Positions 9,550-21,297 of a DNA stretch of 48,019 bases are shown here, piece by piece. The stretch is from Burkholderiales bacterium (GTDB lineage Bacteria > Pseudomonadota > Gammaproteobacteria > Burkholderiales > JACMKV01): NCBI GenBank assembly GCA_013695435.1, contig JACDAM010000060.1:1-48019 (forward strand). The letters run 5' to 3'. The notes below the pieces were generated by a model. The model searched no databases, was not told the DNA's origin, and saw only the letters and a program-made list of their open reading frames with translations. Numbering within the stretch: position 1 is the first letter of the stretch; each line of letters begins with the position of its first letter. Both the position numbers and the translations under genes were made by a program.

Positions 9550-12500
9550 CTATACGAGTTCGGCGACCGCCGCGGAAGCAGCTTGCGCCGCAGCGAGTTC
9601 TTGCAGCGCGCGCCGGTATTCCATGGGCATGATCTTGACGAACCTCGGCAGGTAGCTTTCCCATTGCTCGAGGATCGCCGCGGCGCGCGCGCTGCCGGTG
9701 TAGTGTTTATGTTGTTCGACAAGCATTCGCAGCAGGCGCGCATCGGGTTGACCGAGATGGCTGACATCGACCTTGCCGTGGCTTTCCAGATCGCCGCCGC
9801 GGCCCGATGTGCCGCCGATCGCATCGAGCGCGCGGTCTTCTTCCGGAACTGCCTCGAGTTCGACCATCGCCATATTGCAGCGCTGCTCGAAGCTGCCGTC
9901 TTCGTCGAGCACGTAAGCGACGCCGCCGCTCATGCCGGCGGCGAAGTTGCGCCCGGTTTTGCCGAGCACGACGACCGTGCCGCCGGTCATGTATTCGCAG
10001 CCATGATCGCCGACGCCTTCAACCACCGCCGTGCAACCCGAATTGCGCACGGCGAAACGCTCGCCGGCGACGCCGCGAAAATAGCATTCGCCGCTGATCG
10101 CGCCGTACAGCACGGTATTGCCGACGATGATGTTCTGCTCGGGCACGATGCGACTCTCGGCCGGCGGATAAATCACGATGCGCCCACCCGACAAGCCTTT
10201 GCCGACGTAATCGTTGGCTTCGCCGGCAAGCTCGAACGTGATGCCGTGCGCGAGAAATGCGCCGAAGCTCTGGCCGGCCGTGCCTTTCAGCTTGATGTGG
10301 ATGGTATCTTCGGCCAACCCTTCATGGCCATAGCGCTTCGCCACTTCTCCCGACAGCATTGCGCCGACGGTGCGATGAATGTTGCGGATTTTGCTTTCGA
10401 TTTTAACCGGCTTCTGCGCTTGCAGCGCGGGTTGTGCTGCGGCAATCAGCTTGTGATCGAGGGCATTGCCAAGGCCATGGTCCTGCGCCTCACACCGGTA
10501 GCGCGCGACGTCTGCACCCACCGGCGGCTGGTACAGGATGCGCGAGAAATCGAGGCCGCGCGCCTTCCAGTGGTCGACCGATTTTCGGACATCGATGCGA
10601 TCCGGGCGGCCGATCATTTCGTTGAAGCTGCGAAAGCCCATTTGCGCCATCAGTTCGCGCACTTCCTCGGCGACAAAGAAAAAATAATTGACGACGTGTT
10701 CGGGCTCGCCGGTGAATTTTTTGCGCAGCTCCGGATCCTGGGTTGCGACGCCGACCGGACAGGTATTCAGATGGCATTTGCGCATCATGATGCAGCCTTC
10801 GACGATCAGCGGCGCGGTCGCAAAACCGAATTCATCGGCGCCGAGCAGCGCGCCGATGACGACGTCGCGGCCGGTTTTCATCTGACCATCGGCCTGCACG
10901 GCGATGCGTCCGCGCAGCTTGTTCAACACCAGGGTCTGCTGGGTTTCTGCGAGCCCCAATTCCCACGGCGTGCCTGCGTGTTTGATCGACGACAACGGCG
11001 ACGCGCCCGTGCCGCCGTCGTGACCCGAAATCGTCACGTGATCGGCATGCGCTTTGGCGACACCGGCGGCGATCGTGCCAACGCCGACTTCCGACACCAG
11101 CTTGACGCTGATCGAAGCGGCGGGGTTGACGTTTTTCAGATCGTGGATCAGTTGCTTCAGATCCTCGATCGAATAGATGTCGTGATGCGGCGGCGGCGAA
11201 ATCAGGCCGACTCCGGGCACCGAGTGGCGCACTTTAGCGATCTCGCCGCTGACTTTGTGCCCCGGCAATTGACCGCCTTCGCCGGGCTTGGCGCCTTGCG
11301 CCATCTTGATCTGCAGCTGGTCGGAATTGACCAGATATTCGGCAGTGACGCCGAAGCGGCCGGCGGCGACCTGCTTGATCGCCGAGCGCATCGAATCGCC
11401 GTTCGCCATAGGTATGAAGCGATCGCGCTCCTCGCCGCCTTCGCCGGTATTCGATTTGCCGCCAATGCGATTCATCGCGATCGCCAGCGTGGTATGCGCT
11501 TCGCGCGAGATCGAACCGTACGACATGGCGCCGGTGGCGAAACGCTTGACGATTTCTTTCGCGGGCTCGACTTCATCCAGTGGAATCGGCTGCGCTGCCG
11601 GTTTCAGATCGAACAGGCCGCGCAAGGTCATGAGTTGCGCCGATTGCTCGTTGATCAGCGCTGCGTATTCCTTGTAGGTCGAATAATTGTTGGCGCGGGT
11701 CGCCAATTGCAGTTTGGAAATCGATTCCGGTGTCCACATGTGGCCTTCGCCGCGAATGCGAAAAGCGTATTCACCACCGGCGTCGAGATCGTTGCGGTAC
11801 AGCGGACTATCGCCGAACGCGAGGCGATGGCAACGCATCGCTTCCTCCGCGACTTCCGTAATGCCGATGCCTTCGACGTTGCTCGGCGTGCCGGTGAAAT
11901 AGCGCTCGACGAACGGCGTGTTCAGCCCGACCGCCTCGAAAATCTGCGCGCCGCAATACGATTGATAGGTCGAGATGCCCATCTTCGACATCACTTTCAG
12001 CAGGCCCTTGGCGGTCGCCTTGATGAAGCGCTTGCACGCTTCCTTGTGTGTCAGCTCGATCGGCAGCAGATCCTTCATCTCACCCAGCGTTTCGAACGCC
12101 AGATACGGGTGAACCGCTTCGGCGCCGTAGCCTGCGAGCAACGCGAAATGATGGACTTCGCGCGCCGAACCGGTTTCGACGACGAGGCCGGCGTTCGTGC
12201 GCAGGCCGGCGCGGATCAGATGATGATGGGCGGCAGCGGTCGCAAGCAACGCGGGAATTGCGACGCGCTCGGTGCTGATGGCGCGGTCGGTCAATATGAT
12301 GATGTTGTATTGGCCTGCAATTGCCTGCTCGGCCTCGCGGCACAGCGTATCCAGCGCCGCTTCCATTCCATCCGCGCCCTGCTCGGCCGGATAGCAGATG
12401 TCGAGCTCGATCGCGCGAAACGCACCATTGGTGTAGTCGGCGATGCGCCGGATTTTTTCCATGTCCGCGCCGTTCAGCACCGGTTGACCGGCTTCGAGGC

Positions 12501-14193
12501 GCAGCGGCGGATCGGTCTCATCGATACCCAACAAGTTCGGACGCGGACCGATAAACGACACCAGCGACATCACCAGCTCTTCGCGGATCGGATCGATAGG
12601 CGGATTGGTGACCTGCGCGAACATCTGCTTGAAATAGTGATAAAGCGGCTTCGGCCGGTCCGACATGACGGCGAGCGGCGAATCGTTGCCCATCGAACCG
12701 ACCGCTTCCTGGCCGGTCGCCGCCATCGGCTGCAGCAGGAATTTCAGATCTTCCTGGGTATAGCCAAATGCCTGCTGACGATCCAGCAAGGAGGCGCGCG
12801 GCTTGAACCTGGCGGCGGCCGCAGCCGGCAGTTCTTCGAGCACGATGCGCGATTGGTCGATCCACTGCCGATAAGGCTTGGCGCGGGCGAGGCCGGCTTT
12901 CAACTCCTCGTCGCCGATGATGCGGCCGGCTTCCAGATCGATCAGAAACATCTTGCCGGGCTGCAGCCGCCACTTGGCTACGATCTTGTGCTCGGGAATC
13001 GTCAACACACCCATTTCCGAAGCCATGACGACGATGTCGTCGTCGGTAATCAGATAGCGCGCCGGGCGCAGGCCGTTGCGATCGAGCGTCGCGCCGATTT
13101 GCCGGCCGTCGGTAAAAGCGACCGCTGCCGGGCCGTCCCAAGGCTCCATCAACGCGGCGTGATATTCGTAGAATGCGCGGCGTTCTTCGTCCATCAAAGG
13201 ATTGCCGGCCCACGCTTCCGGGATCAACAGCATCATCGCGTGCGCCAGCGAATAGCCGCCGTTGACCAAGAGTTCGAGCGCATTGTCGAAGCACGCCGAG
13301 TCGGATTGGCCATCGGCGATCAGCGGCCACAGCTTTTCAAGATCGTCGCCGAACACCGGCGATGAAAGCGCCTGGCGGCGCGCGGCCATCCAGTTCACAT
13401 TGCCGCGCAGCGTGTTGATCTCGCCGTTGTGGGCGATCATGCGGAACGGATGCGCCAGATCCCAGCTCGGGAAGGTGTTGGTCGAGAAGCGCTGATGCAC
13501 GAGCGCCAGAGCCGATACCATGCGCTCGTCATCGAGGTCCGGGTAGTATTCGCTGACCTGGCGCGCCAGCAGCATGCCTTTGTACACCAGTGTGCGTGAC
13601 GACATCGAAGGGATGTAAAAACTCTTGCCGCCTTCGAGATTTAGCGCGCGCACGGTATTGGCGATGGTTTTGCGCACGACGAAGAGCTTGCGCTCGAAAC
13701 CGTCGCCATCGAGGGCGCCGCGCGCGAAGAAAATCTGGCGGACGACAGGTTCTACGGCGCGCACATCGACGCCCAGGCCGCTATTACGAGTCGGCACATC
13801 GCGCGAGCCGAGCACGCCCAAACCCTCCACAGCCGAGCACTTGGCGATGATTTGCTCGCAAGCCGATCGGCCCTGCGCATCCTGCGGCAAAAAAACCATG
13901 CCGACGCCGTAATCCCCCGCGGCGGGCAGTGCGAATCCGCGCGTAGCGCATTCGGCGCGCAGGAAGGCATCGGGAATCTGAAGCAGAATACCGGCGCCGT
14001 CGCCGGCCAGAGGGTCGGCGCCGGTCGCGCCCCGGTGCGTCAGGTTGTTCAGAATTTCCAGACCCTGACGAATGATTGCGTGACTTTTCGCGCCTTTGAT
14101 ATGCGCGATGAAGCCGACGCCGCACGCGTCGTGCTCGTTGGCGGGGTCGTACAAACCTTGCCGGGGTGGCAGCATCGAATGAGTCACTTCCAT
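9550..14193 (-). CDS. gltB: Glutamate synthase large subunit.
   Basis: 1547 aa. Ntn amidotransferase N-terminus (EHDACGVGF), FMN and 3Fe-4S central domains, and a C-terminal GXGXG beta-helix domain. Sits immediately upstream of gltD. Confidence 0.97.
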   Translation of the reverse strand: MEVTHSMLPPRQGLYDPANEHDACGVGFIAHIKGAKSHAIIRQGLEILNNLTHRGATGADPLAGDGAGILLQIPDAFLRAECATRGFALPAAGDYGVGMVFLPQDAQGRSACEQIIAKCSAVEGLGVLGSRDVPTRNSGLGVDVRAVEPVVRQIFFARGALDGDGFERKLFVVRKTIANTVRALNLEGGKSFYIPSMSSRTLVYKGMLLARQVSEYYPDLDDERMVSALALVHQRFSTNTFPSWDLAHPFRMIAHNGEINTLRGNVNWMAARRQALSSPVFGDDLEKLWPLIADGQSDSACFDNALELLVNGGYSLAHAMMLLIPEAWAGNPLMDEERRAFYEYHAALMEPWDGPAAVAFTDGRQIGATLDRNGLRPARYLITDDDIVVMASEMGVLTIPEHKIVAKWRLQPGKMFLIDLEAGRIIGDEELKAGLARAKPYRQWIDQSRIVLEELPAAAAARFKPRASLLDRQQAFGYTQEDLKFLLQPMAATGQEAVGSMGNDSPLAVMSDRPKPLYHYFKQMFAQVTNPPIDPIREELVMSLVSFIGPRPNLLGIDETDPPLRLEAGQPVLNGADMEKIRRIADYTNGAFRAIELDICYPAEQGADGMEAALDTLCREAEQAIAGQYNIIILTDRAISTERVAIPALLATAAAHHHLIRAGLRTNAGLVVETGSAREVHHFALLAGYGAEAVHPYLAFETLGEMKDLLPIELTHKEACKRFIKATAKGLLKVMSKMGISTYQSYCGAQIFEAVGLNTPFVERYFTGTPSNVEGIGITEVAEEAMRCHRLAFGDSPLYRNDLDAGGEYAFRIRGEGHMWTPESISKLQLATRANNYSTYKEYAALINEQSAQLMTLRGLFDLKPAAQPIPLDEVEPAKEIVKRFATGAMSYGSISREAHTTLAIAMNRIGGKSNTGEGGEERDRFIPMANGDSMRSAIKQVAAGRFGVTAEYLVNSDQLQIKMAQGAKPGEGGQLPGHKVSGEIAKVRHSVPGVGLISPPPHHDIYSIEDLKQLIHDLKNVNPAASISVKLVSEVGVGTIAAGVAKAHADHVTISGHDGGTGASPLSSIKHAGTPWELGLAETQQTLVLNKLRGRIAVQADGQMKTGRDVVIGALLGADEFGFATAPLIVEGCIMMRKCHLNTCPVGVATQDPELRKKFTGEPEHVVNYFFFVAEEVRELMAQMGFRSFNEMIGRPDRIDVRKSVDHWKARGLDFSRILYQPPVGADVARYRCEAQDHGLGNALDHKLIAAAQPALQAQKPVKIESKIRNIHRTVGAMLSGEVAKRYGHEGLAEDTIHIKLKGTAGQSFGAFLAHGITFELAGEANDYVGKGLSGGRIVIYPPAESRIVPEQNIIVGNTVLYGAISGECYFRGVAGERFAVRNSGCTAVVEGVGDHGCEYMTGGTVVVLGKTGRNFAAGMSGGVAYVLDEDGSFEQRCNMAMVELEAVPEEDRALDAIGGTSGRGGDLESHGKVDVSHLGQPDARLLRMLVEQHKHYTGSARAAAILEQWESYLPRFVKIMPMEYRRALQELAAAQAASAAVAELV

Positions 14194-14400
14194 CTTAAGG
14201 TGGCGGACAGCAGAACCGCGGTTGCGGCGGGCGATTACGCAATCCCGGCTTGGCGCCGGAGAAACAACGGAGAAACCGGCAAAGTTTACCGCGTTCGACG
14301 ATAGGCTTCAATCATGCGCGGGCAGTGGACGTCGTTAGGTACTGCGGCGAGCCAACAGCCAACTACAACGAAAGGTCGCTCTCCGCAAACCGCAAGCGTC

Positions 14401-15528
14401 CTACACCTCTTCGACGGCAAAAAGCCGCCGATGTTCGCGGATGGCGTAGCGGTCGGTCATGCCGGCGATGTAGTCGGCAACGGCGCGGGGTAATTCTGCC
14501 GCGGCCTGCTCCTGAAACTGTGGCGGCAAGAGCTTTGGCTGTTCGATGAATAATTGGAACAACTCCGCGATGATGCGGCGCGCCTTGTTGCTCATGCGCG
14601 CGACCTGATAATGCTCATAGAGGCTGTTGCGGAGAAAACGCTTCAATTCGCGTTGTTGTTCCTCGATCTCGGGGCTGAACGCGATCAGCGGCGCGGCAGC
14701 GCGCACGTCACTTATAGTTCGGGGCGCAACGGCTTCAATGTTAGCGGCGCTTTGCTGCATCAGATCGACGGCGAGCGTGTTAATCATGCGCCGCACCGTT
14801 TCGTGCACGAGGCGGCGGCCGCCAAGCGCCGGAAACAGTGCTTTCACCTCGGCCAGATGACGCGCGAATATGGCGATTTCGGCGAGCGCCTCGAGCGTAA
14901 TCAAGCCCGAACGCAGGCCGTCATCGACATCGTGATTGTTATAGGCGATCTCATCGGCAAGATTGGTGAGCTGCGCTTCGAGAGAAGGCTGCTGCCGGTT
15001 AAGAAACCGTTTCCCGACTTCGCCCAGCGCCTTCGCGGTTTCGCGCAAGCAATGCTTCAGGATGCCTTCGCGGGTTTCGAAGCACAGGTTCAAGCCGTCG
15101 AAGCTCGCATAGCGCTGTTCGAGCAAATCGACGACACGCAAGCTTTGCAGATTGTGCTCGAAGCCCCCACTGCCCTTCATGCACGCGTTCAGCGCGTCCT
15201 GCCCGGCGTGGCCGAATGGCGTGTGCCCCAGATCGTGCGCCAGCGAAATCGCCTCGACCAGGTCTTCGTTCAAATTGAGGCTGCGCGCAATCGACCGGCC
15301 GATTTGCGCGACTTCGAGGCTATGCGTCAGACGCGTTCGAAACAGGTCCCCTTCGTGGTTAACGAAAACCTGCGTCTTGTACTCTAGCCGGCGAAACGCT
15401 GTTGAATGGATGATGCGATCGCGATCGCGCTGGAATTCGCTGCGTGCGACGGGCGCGGGTTCAGTGTGCCGGCGGCCGCGTGAATTTGCGTCGCACGCTG
15501 CGTACGGTGCGAGGTCTAGCCGCCGCAT
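14401..15528 (-). CDS. dGTP triphosphohydrolase-like HD-domain protein.
   Basis: [35 protein letters not shown] and [11 protein letters not shown] prefer the ATG at 15528 ([10 protein letters not shown]...). The track start, TTG 15558, overlaps the aroB stop. Confidence 0.9.
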   Translation of the reverse strand: MRRLDLAPYAACDANSRGRRHTEPAPVARSEFQRDRDRIIHSTAFRRLEYKTQVFVNHEGDLFRTRLTHSLEVAQIGRSIARSLNLNEDLVEAISLAHDLGHTPFGHAGQDALNACMKGSGGFEHNLQSLRVVDLLEQRYASFDGLNLCFETREGILKHCLRETAKALGEVGKRFLNRQQPSLEAQLTNLADEIAYNNHDVDDGLRSGLITLEALAEIAIFARHLAEVKALFPALGGRRLVHETVRRMINTLAVDLMQQSAANIEAVAPRTISDVRAAAPLIAFSPEIEEQQRELKRFLRNSLYEHYQVARMSNKARRIIAELFQLFIEQPKLLPPQFQEQAAAELPRAVADYIAGMTDRYAIREHRRLFAVEEV

Positions 15529-15554
15529 TTCAGACACGCGCCGGCGCCAGCGCT

Positions 15555-16649
15555 TCAAACATGCGCCGGCGCGCCGCTGACTTCCAGCGTTTCGATCAAT
15601 GCGCTGTGCGGAAACTCGCCGGTAACGAAAGCATCGCCGATTCGTTTCAGAAGCACCAGGCGCAGCTTGCCGTCTTCGACTTTCTTGTCATGCCCCATGA
15701 GCTTCAGATAACGACCGACACCCAGATCAGGCGCTGCGACCGGCAAACGCGCGCGTCGGTAAAGATCGGCGGCACGGTTAACGTCGACCGCACCGATATA
15801 ACCGAGCCGGCGCGAGAGGTCGAGCGCCTGAAGCGTTCCGGCCGCAATCGCTTCGCCGTGCAGCCATTCACCGTACCCAAGCCCGGTTTCGATCGCGTGA
15901 CCGAAGGTGTGGCCGAGGTTTAATAGCGCGCGGACGGCGTTTTCGTGTTCGTCTTCGGCGACGATCTCCGCCTTGATTTGGCACGAACGTTGGATCGCAT
16001 GGGCAAGCGCTGCGCTATCTCGGTTGAACAGCACCTCAATGTTTTTTTCGAGCCATTCGAAAAATGACGGATCGCGGATCAAACCGTACTTGATGACCTC
16101 GGCGAGACCGGCGGAAAGTTCGCGATCAGGTAGCGTCGCCAATGTTGCCGTATCGGCTAATACCAGTCGCGGCTGATAGAACGCGCCGATCATGTTTTTG
16201 CCGGCGGGATGGTTGATACCGGTCTTGCCGCCGACCGAGGAATCCACTTGCGCGAGCAAGGTCGTCGGAATCTGGATAAACGGAACTCCGCGCAAATACG
16301 TCGCAGCCGCGAACCCGGCCATATCGCCAATCACGCCGCCGCCGAGCGCGATCAGCGTGGTCTTGCGCTCGCAACGCTGAGCCAGGAGAGCATCGAATAT
16401 CAGGTTCAGCGTTTTCCAGTTCTTGTGAGCTTCGCCGTCCGGCAAAACGATAGGCACTGCCTCTACATCATGCGTCGCCAAAACCCTGGTCAGCGCAGCG
16501 AGGTAGAGCGGCGCGACCGTGGTATTGGTGACGATGGCAACGCGAGGTTGCGGCAGGCAGTCGATCAGCGCATCCGGCTTTTGCAGCAGGCCTTCTCCGA
16601 TATGGATCGGATAGCTTCGCGCGCCGAGCGAAACGGTAAGAATGTGCAT
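15555..16649 (-). CDS. aroB: 3-dehydroquinate synthase.
   Basis: 364 aa. Motifs [49 protein letters not shown] and HTFGHAIE. Confidence 0.95.
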   Translation of the reverse strand: MHILTVSLGARSYPIHIGEGLLQKPDALIDCLPQPRVAIVTNTTVAPLYLAALTRVLATHDVEAVPIVLPDGEAHKNWKTLNLIFDALLAQRCERKTTLIALGGGVIGDMAGFAAATYLRGVPFIQIPTTLLAQVDSSVGGKTGINHPAGKNMIGAFYQPRLVLADTATLATLPDRELSAGLAEVIKYGLIRDPSFFEWLEKNIEVLFNRDSAALAHAIQRSCQIKAEIVAEDEHENAVRALLNLGHTFGHAIETGLGYGEWLHGEAIAAGTLQALDLSRRLGYIGAVDVNRAADLYRRARLPVAAPDLGVGRYLKLMGHDKKVEDGKLRLVLLKRIGDAFVTGEFPHSALIETLEVSGAPAHV

Positions 16650-16679
16650 CGCGTTCGTCGTTAGAGAAAGTCGCGCATC

Positions 16680-17276
16680 TTACACGCCGGGTGTCGCTGT
16701 CGTCAGCGAATTGAACCCGCCTGAACCACCCTGCTGCGAAGCGAGTCTGGATTCAAGCACGCACGCCAGGTTGCGCGGGCTCTGGCGGCTCGAGTCTATG
16801 ACGATATCGGCAACCTCGATATAAAGCGGATCGCGCGCGGCATAAAGCTCAGCCAACCGTGCTTGCGGATCGGCGATTTGCAGGAGCGGACGGTTTTTGT
16901 CGTGGCGCGTGCGCTGCCACAGTTCGTGCGCGGTTGCGCGCAGATAGACAACGCAGCCGGAGCGCTTCAGCAACGCCCGATTCTCCTCACGCAAAATGAC
17001 GCCGCCGCCTGTCGCGAGCACGATATTCCGCAGATGGGTCAGCTCGCTGAGAACGGCGGTTTCCCGTGTGCGAAAACCGGCTTCGCCTTCGATCTCGAAT
17101 ATCAGCGGAATCGTAGCGCCCGTGCGCTGCACGACTTCGTGATCGCAATCGCGGAAAGTCTTGCCGAGGCGTCTGGCCAATACGCGGCCGACCGAGGTCT
17201 TGCCGGCCCCCATCATCCCGATCAGGATAATGTTAGCGGGTACAGCGGGCTGGGATTCAATCGGCGCATCGCTCAT
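16680..17276 (-). CDS. aroK: Shikimate kinase.
   Basis: Walker A ([17 protein letters not shown]), followed by DCDHEV and ATGGG. The C-terminus is slightly extended. Conserved pilQ-aroK-aroB order. Confidence 0.93.
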   Translation of the reverse strand: MSDAPIESQPAVPANIILIGMMGAGKTSVGRVLARRLGKTFRDCDHEVVQRTGATIPLIFEIEGEAGFRTRETAVLSELTHLRNIVLATGGGVILREENRALLKRSGCVVYLRATAHELWQRTRHDKNRPLLQIADPQARLAELYAARDPLYIEVADIVIDSSRQSPRNLACVLESRLASQQGGSGGFNSLTTATPGV

Positions 17277-17330
17277 CCGCGGATTCTAAGGAGCAAAGCG
17301 ACTGCGAGGCAAGCTGGCCGGACCGATTGC

Positions 17331-17374
17331 TGGGGCTGTAAAAAGAAAACGGCGGCCCCAAGGCCGCCGTTTTC
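17331..17374 (-). terminator. Rho-independent terminator after pilQ.
   Basis: Perfect 13-bp stem, gaaaacggcggcc (17345-17357) paired with ggccgccgttttc (17362-17374), with loop ccaa. On the minus strand it is followed by TTTTCTTTTT. Confidence 0.8.
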
Positions 17375-17400
17375 AACCGAATTTCGCCCGGAAGCGGAGA

Positions 17401-19545
17401 TTAACGCACGCTGAGTGTTTCCTTGATGATGCGCGGGGTGATGAACACCAGCAACTCGCGGCGGTCGTCGGTCTTCGCATTGTTTTTGAACAAATAACCG
17501 AGTACCGGAATGTCGCCGAGCAACGGTACTTTGTTGATCGTCTGGGTCTCGGTTTGCTCGTAGATTCCGCCGATTACCACCGTACCGCCGTTTTCGACCA
17601 GCACCTGCGTCGTAATCTGCTTGGTGTCGATCGCAGGCCCGGCAATCGTGTCAGTGCCCCGGCTGTCCTTGTTCACGTTCAGGTTCATGATGATGTTGTC
17701 ATCGGGCGTGATCTGAGGCTTGACCTTCAAACCGAGCACAGCCTTTTTGAACGAAACGCTGGTCGCACCGCTGCTGCTCGCCTGCAGAAACGGGATTTCC
17801 GTACCCTGCTCTATGGTCGCTTCCACCTGATCCGCCGTCACAACGCGCGGGCTGGAGATGATCTTGCCCTTGCCGTCGGACTGCAGCGCCGAGACTTCGA
17901 GGTTCAGAAAGCGACTCAGCGCTTCGTTGAACAGGACTACCGAGAATACTCCTGGTATCGCGCCGGCGATGCCCGCCGCAGGCAAATTAACGCCGAGGCT
18001 CTGGCCCAGAGTTGGCGCCGTCGCCAGTTGGCCAGTAAAGGCGCCTGTTGCATCGAGCGACCCGCCGACGGTCGTGCGCGTATCACCCGGGGTCGACACG
18101 CCGGGCAAGCGTCCCGCCGCGCCGCGATCGACCACGCCCAACCGTGCACCGAGGTTTTTACTGAAGGTATCGGTCGCTTCGACAATCCGCGCTTCAATCA
18201 TGACCTGGCGAACCGGAATATCGATCTTCTTAATCAGCCCGCGCACATCTTCGAGACGGCTTGCGATATCCTGAACAAACAGCGTGTTGGTCCGCGGATC
18301 GATGACGGCGCTGCCGCGCTTCGACAGGATTTTCTGCTTGTCGTCGGTCAAAATTTTCTGGAACGCTTCAGCGCGCTGATAATTCAGTTGAAAGCTTTCG
18401 GTACGCGTCGGCTCCAGATCCGAAATCTGCTGCTTGGCTTCGAGTTCCAGCTTTTCCTTCGTGGCTAGTTCGTCGCGCGGCGCGATCAACACCACGTTGC
18501 CGTTCTTGCGAAGATCGAGGCCCTTGCTTTGCAGGATGATGTCGAGCGCCTGATCCCACGGCACGTCTTTCAAGCGCAAGGTCAGGTTGCCGCTGACGGT
18601 ATCGCTGGTGATGATGTTGAGGCCGGTAAAGTCGGCGATGACTTGCAGCACCGAACGCACTTCAACGTTCTGAAAATTTAGCGACAGCTTTTCGCCGCTG
18701 TAGCCGGAGCGTCCGCCTTGCACGAGCTTGTTCGGATCTTCGACGACCGGTTTTATTTCCACGATGAAGCGGTTATCGGTCTGGTAAGCCGAGTGCTCCC
18801 ACATCCCTTTGGGCTCGATCACGACCCGGGTGTTGCCGCCCTGCGCCGTCGCCGTCACGGTTTGTACCGGCGTAGCAAAATCGACTACATCGAGACGGCG
18901 TTCGAGATTGCTCGGCAGCGAAGTGCGGATGAAATCGATCACAATCGACTTGCCCTGCTTGCGGAGATCAATTCCGGTCGTGTTGTCGGAAAGGTCGATA
19001 ACAACACGCCCTTCGCCATCTTTTCCGCGCCGGAAATCGATATCGCGCAAGCTATGCGTCTGGTCGCCATTCGAAGCTTCGGCGAAGCGCGAAACGCTAC
19101 CGCCTTCAGTCGCGGCCGCAGTGCCGGCTTGCAAGGTCACCATCACGGTCTTGCCTTCAACCTGCGCCTCATAAGTCGATGCCTTCGTCAAATTCAGCAC
19201 CAGCCGGGTACGGGCGCCGGCTTGCACCAGGTTGAGGCTGCGCAAGCTGCCTTCGCCGACTTCTTTCGAGTTTTTTCCGAGCCCGTTGCTGGTGTTCGCG
19301 AAATCGAATGCGATGCGCGGCGGGTTGCTGATGGTGAAGCCCGATGGCACGGCGGCCGGCGGCTCTTTCATCGTGATTTTGACGAGCAGTTTGGAGCCTG
19401 GCAAGTCGGACACGTCGATCGCCTGGATGCTGTTCTGCCCCGCGTCTTCAGCCTTGGGCGCAGCGAGCGCCAGGCTCGCCGATGCAAACGCCGTCAGGCA
19501 CGTGAGACCGGCGATACGTTTAAGTGCAATCAGTGACTTCATCAT
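17401..19545 (-). CDS. pilQ: Type IV pilus secretin PilQ.
   Basis: 714 aa with a signal peptide, AMIN-like N-terminal repeats and a C-terminal secretin domain (...VPLLGDIPVLGYLFKN...ELLVFITPRI). Confidence 0.95.
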   Translation of the reverse strand: MMKSLIALKRIAGLTCLTAFASASLALAAPKAEDAGQNSIQAIDVSDLPGSKLLVKITMKEPPAAVPSGFTISNPPRIAFDFANTSNGLGKNSKEVGEGSLRSLNLVQAGARTRLVLNLTKASTYEAQVEGKTVMVTLQAGTAAATEGGSVSRFAEASNGDQTHSLRDIDFRRGKDGEGRVVIDLSDNTTGIDLRKQGKSIVIDFIRTSLPSNLERRLDVVDFATPVQTVTATAQGGNTRVVIEPKGMWEHSAYQTDNRFIVEIKPVVEDPNKLVQGGRSGYSGEKLSLNFQNVEVRSVLQVIADFTGLNIITSDTVSGNLTLRLKDVPWDQALDIILQSKGLDLRKNGNVVLIAPRDELATKEKLELEAKQQISDLEPTRTESFQLNYQRAEAFQKILTDDKQKILSKRGSAVIDPRTNTLFVQDIASRLEDVRGLIKKIDIPVRQVMIEARIVEATDTFSKNLGARLGVVDRGAAGRLPGVSTPGDTRTTVGGSLDATGAFTGQLATAPTLGQSLGVNLPAAGIAGAIPGVFSVVLFNEALSRFLNLEVSALQSDGKGKIISSPRVVTADQVEATIEQGTEIPFLQASSSGATSVSFKKAVLGLKVKPQITPDDNIIMNLNVNKDSRGTDTIAGPAIDTKQITTQVLVENGGTVVIGGIYEQTETQTINKVPLLGDIPVLGYLFKNNAKTDDRRELLVFITPRIIKETLSVR

Positions 19546-20069
19546 TTTTTCTGCTCCTGTTCGTCCTGTAACAGCAGGCTGCTTGGTCGTTCAGTCCAAT
19601 CACCCGCGCCGTCCTGAACGATCTCTTTCAGATTTACCGAAGCGTCGGAAATTTCCGCCACGATGCCGAAATCCTGTCCCATGTAATTACCTGTTTTTAC
19701 GCGATAAATTGTGTTGTCCTGGGTCCTGACCAAGGCGTAGGTGACACGGTCCCTGTATAAGGTGCCGACCATTTTCAGGTTATCCAGCGGAAATGCTTCG
19801 AGTGGTTCCTTGCGCCGGTTAAGATCAGGCTGCAAGCCACTGCCCGCGCCCTTGGCCACCTCGACCTTGCGTGGCTCGAACGGGTTAGGCATCTCGAACG
19901 CCGCGTAGGTAACCGGCTCGTAAGCGATCGCCTGCGGCAGCGGGTCGATATGCACTGGCAAACCGTTACCTGAATCCTTGACGAACTGGCGCAGGTCCTG
20001 ATGCGATTCGCCGCCGCAGCCAATTACGAGCGCGCCGGCAAATGCCATGAGTAGTTTGGTCCGAATCAT
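19542..20069 (-). CDS. pilP: Type IV pilus assembly lipoprotein PilP.
   Basis: Lipobox (ALVIGCGG), appropriate size and position between pilO and pilQ. A 4-nt ATGA overlap joins it to pilQ. Confidence 0.88.
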   Translation of the reverse strand: MIRTKLLMAFAGALVIGCGGESHQDLRQFVKDSGNGLPVHIDPLPQAIAYEPVTYAAFEMPNPFEPRKVEVAKGAGSGLQPDLNRRKEPLEAFPLDNLKMVGTLYRDRVTYALVRTQDNTIYRVKTGNYMGQDFGIVAEISDASVNLKEIVQDGAGDWTERPSSLLLQDEQEQKK

Positions 20070-20695
20070 TTTTTTGCCGCCTTGTCTTTAGCCGCTTTTT
20101 TCTGCGTGGATACTTCCTCTTCGTCCAGGTAGCGGTAGGTTTTGGCGACGGCATCCATCGCCAGCAGGCCACCCTGGCTAGCGGTAATGTTCATATCGTT
20201 CAGGGTCACGATGCGCGACAGCTGAGCGATATCGCTCGCGAATGCGCCCATGTCGTGATATGTGCCGGTTACCCGGATCGCAATCGGCAGTTCGGCGTAA
20301 AATTCGGAGACGCTTTCCTGTGTCGCCGGCCTGAACAATTCGAACTGCAAGCCGCGGCCAAGCCCGGCCTGATTGATATCGGTCAAAAGCGCATCCATTT
20401 CAGATTTGCTCGGCAATTGTTTGAGCAGCGCCCCGAATGATTGCTCGATCTCGGCCAACTGCAGGCGATACGCATCGAGGTTAACCGCGAGCTTCTTGCG
20501 GTCCATGAATTTGGTTCGCAACTCGGCTTCCTTGTGCTCGGCCGTTTCCAGTTCGGTCAACTGATTTTGCCAGTCGAACCAGTAAGCCGCGCCGACGATC
20601 ACGAGCAGCAAAATCAGCAGCGCGCCGAGCTTTGGCATGATCGGCCAGGAACCGACCGTCCTCAGGCTCAGCCCTTTGAAATCGTCGAATGTCAT
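20066..20695 (-). CDS. pilO: Type IV pilus assembly protein PilO.
   Basis: Single TM segment plus coiled coil, with conserved position. 4-nt overlaps with both neighbours. Confidence 0.88.
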   Translation of the reverse strand: MTFDDFKGLSLRTVGSWPIMPKLGALLILLLVIVGAAYWFDWQNQLTELETAEHKEAELRTKFMDRKKLAVNLDAYRLQLAEIEQSFGALLKQLPSKSEMDALLTDINQAGLGRGLQFELFRPATQESVSEFYAELPIAIRVTGTYHDMGAFASDIAQLSRIVTLNDMNITASQGGLLAMDAVAKTYRYLDEEEVSTQKKAAKDKAAKK

Positions 20696-21297
20696 AGCGA
20701 TTTATCCTTGGTTCGCTGTGCCGCCAACTTGGGCGCCGTCGATTCCGCAGTCAGCGTCTCGCGCGTGGTCTTCAGGTTCAGGCTGAATTCGGAAAGGCGT
20801 GTCGGGCCTTGCTGCGCCGCCTTGATTTCGACCAGTGCCGGCAATTCGAGCCATGGGCTCGAATCGAGATTGCGCATCAAGGTCGAGACGCGTGCATTCG
20901 ATTGCGCATAGCCGCTCAGGCTCAGGCTGTTGCCGGCTTGCTTGATACCTTTCAAGTAGACGCCGTCAGGTAATTGACGCGCCATCTGATCGAGCACGTG
21001 CACAGTTTCGGCGCGGTTACCCTGCAGCGTTTCCACAACCGCTTTGCGGCCCAGCAGCGCTTGGGTCAATTCCTTGATCTTGCGGATTTCCTCGATCTGT
21101 TTATCGAGCGTCGCGATTTCGGTTTCGAGATAACTATTGCGGCTCATCTGATTTTCGATGCGGCTACTGTTGACCCCGTGCACCGCAAACCAGATGGCAA
21201 CACCGAGAAACGCGGCGGCGCCGGCAAAGATGTAGAATTCGCGCTGCCTGGCAGCACGCTTCATTTCGCGGTGCGGCAGCAGATTGATGCGTATCAT
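20692..21297 (-). CDS. pilN: Type IV pilus assembly protein PilN.
   Basis: N-terminal MIRINLLPHRE motif followed by a TM segment. Conserved position. Confidence 0.9.
   Translation of the reverse strand: MIRINLLPHREMKRAARQREFYIFAGAAAFLGVAIWFAVHGVNSSRIENQMSRNSYLETEIATLDKQIEEIRKIKELTQALLGRKAVVETLQGNRAETVHVLDQMARQLPDGVYLKGIKQAGNSLSLSGYAQSNARVSTLMRNLDSSPWLELPALVEIKAAQQGPTRLSEFSLNLKTTRETLTAESTAPKLAAQRTKDKSL

Noticed and set aside
9538-13365. A 1275-aa plus-strand ORF, plus many other long ORFs in the track (e.g. 2908-4161, 3975-5408, 5990-7462, 41880-43100 and 44199-45833 on plus; 23836-25137, 3763-4506 and 12518-13330 on minus).
   Set aside because: They lie antisense to, or out of frame with, genes carrying unmistakable family signatures (gltB, argS, priA, hemE, metH, GT9/comM, ponA). 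Their products are Arg/Ala/Gly-rich and low-complexity with no motifs. Long stop-free shadow frames are expected in roughly 60-65% GC coding DNA.
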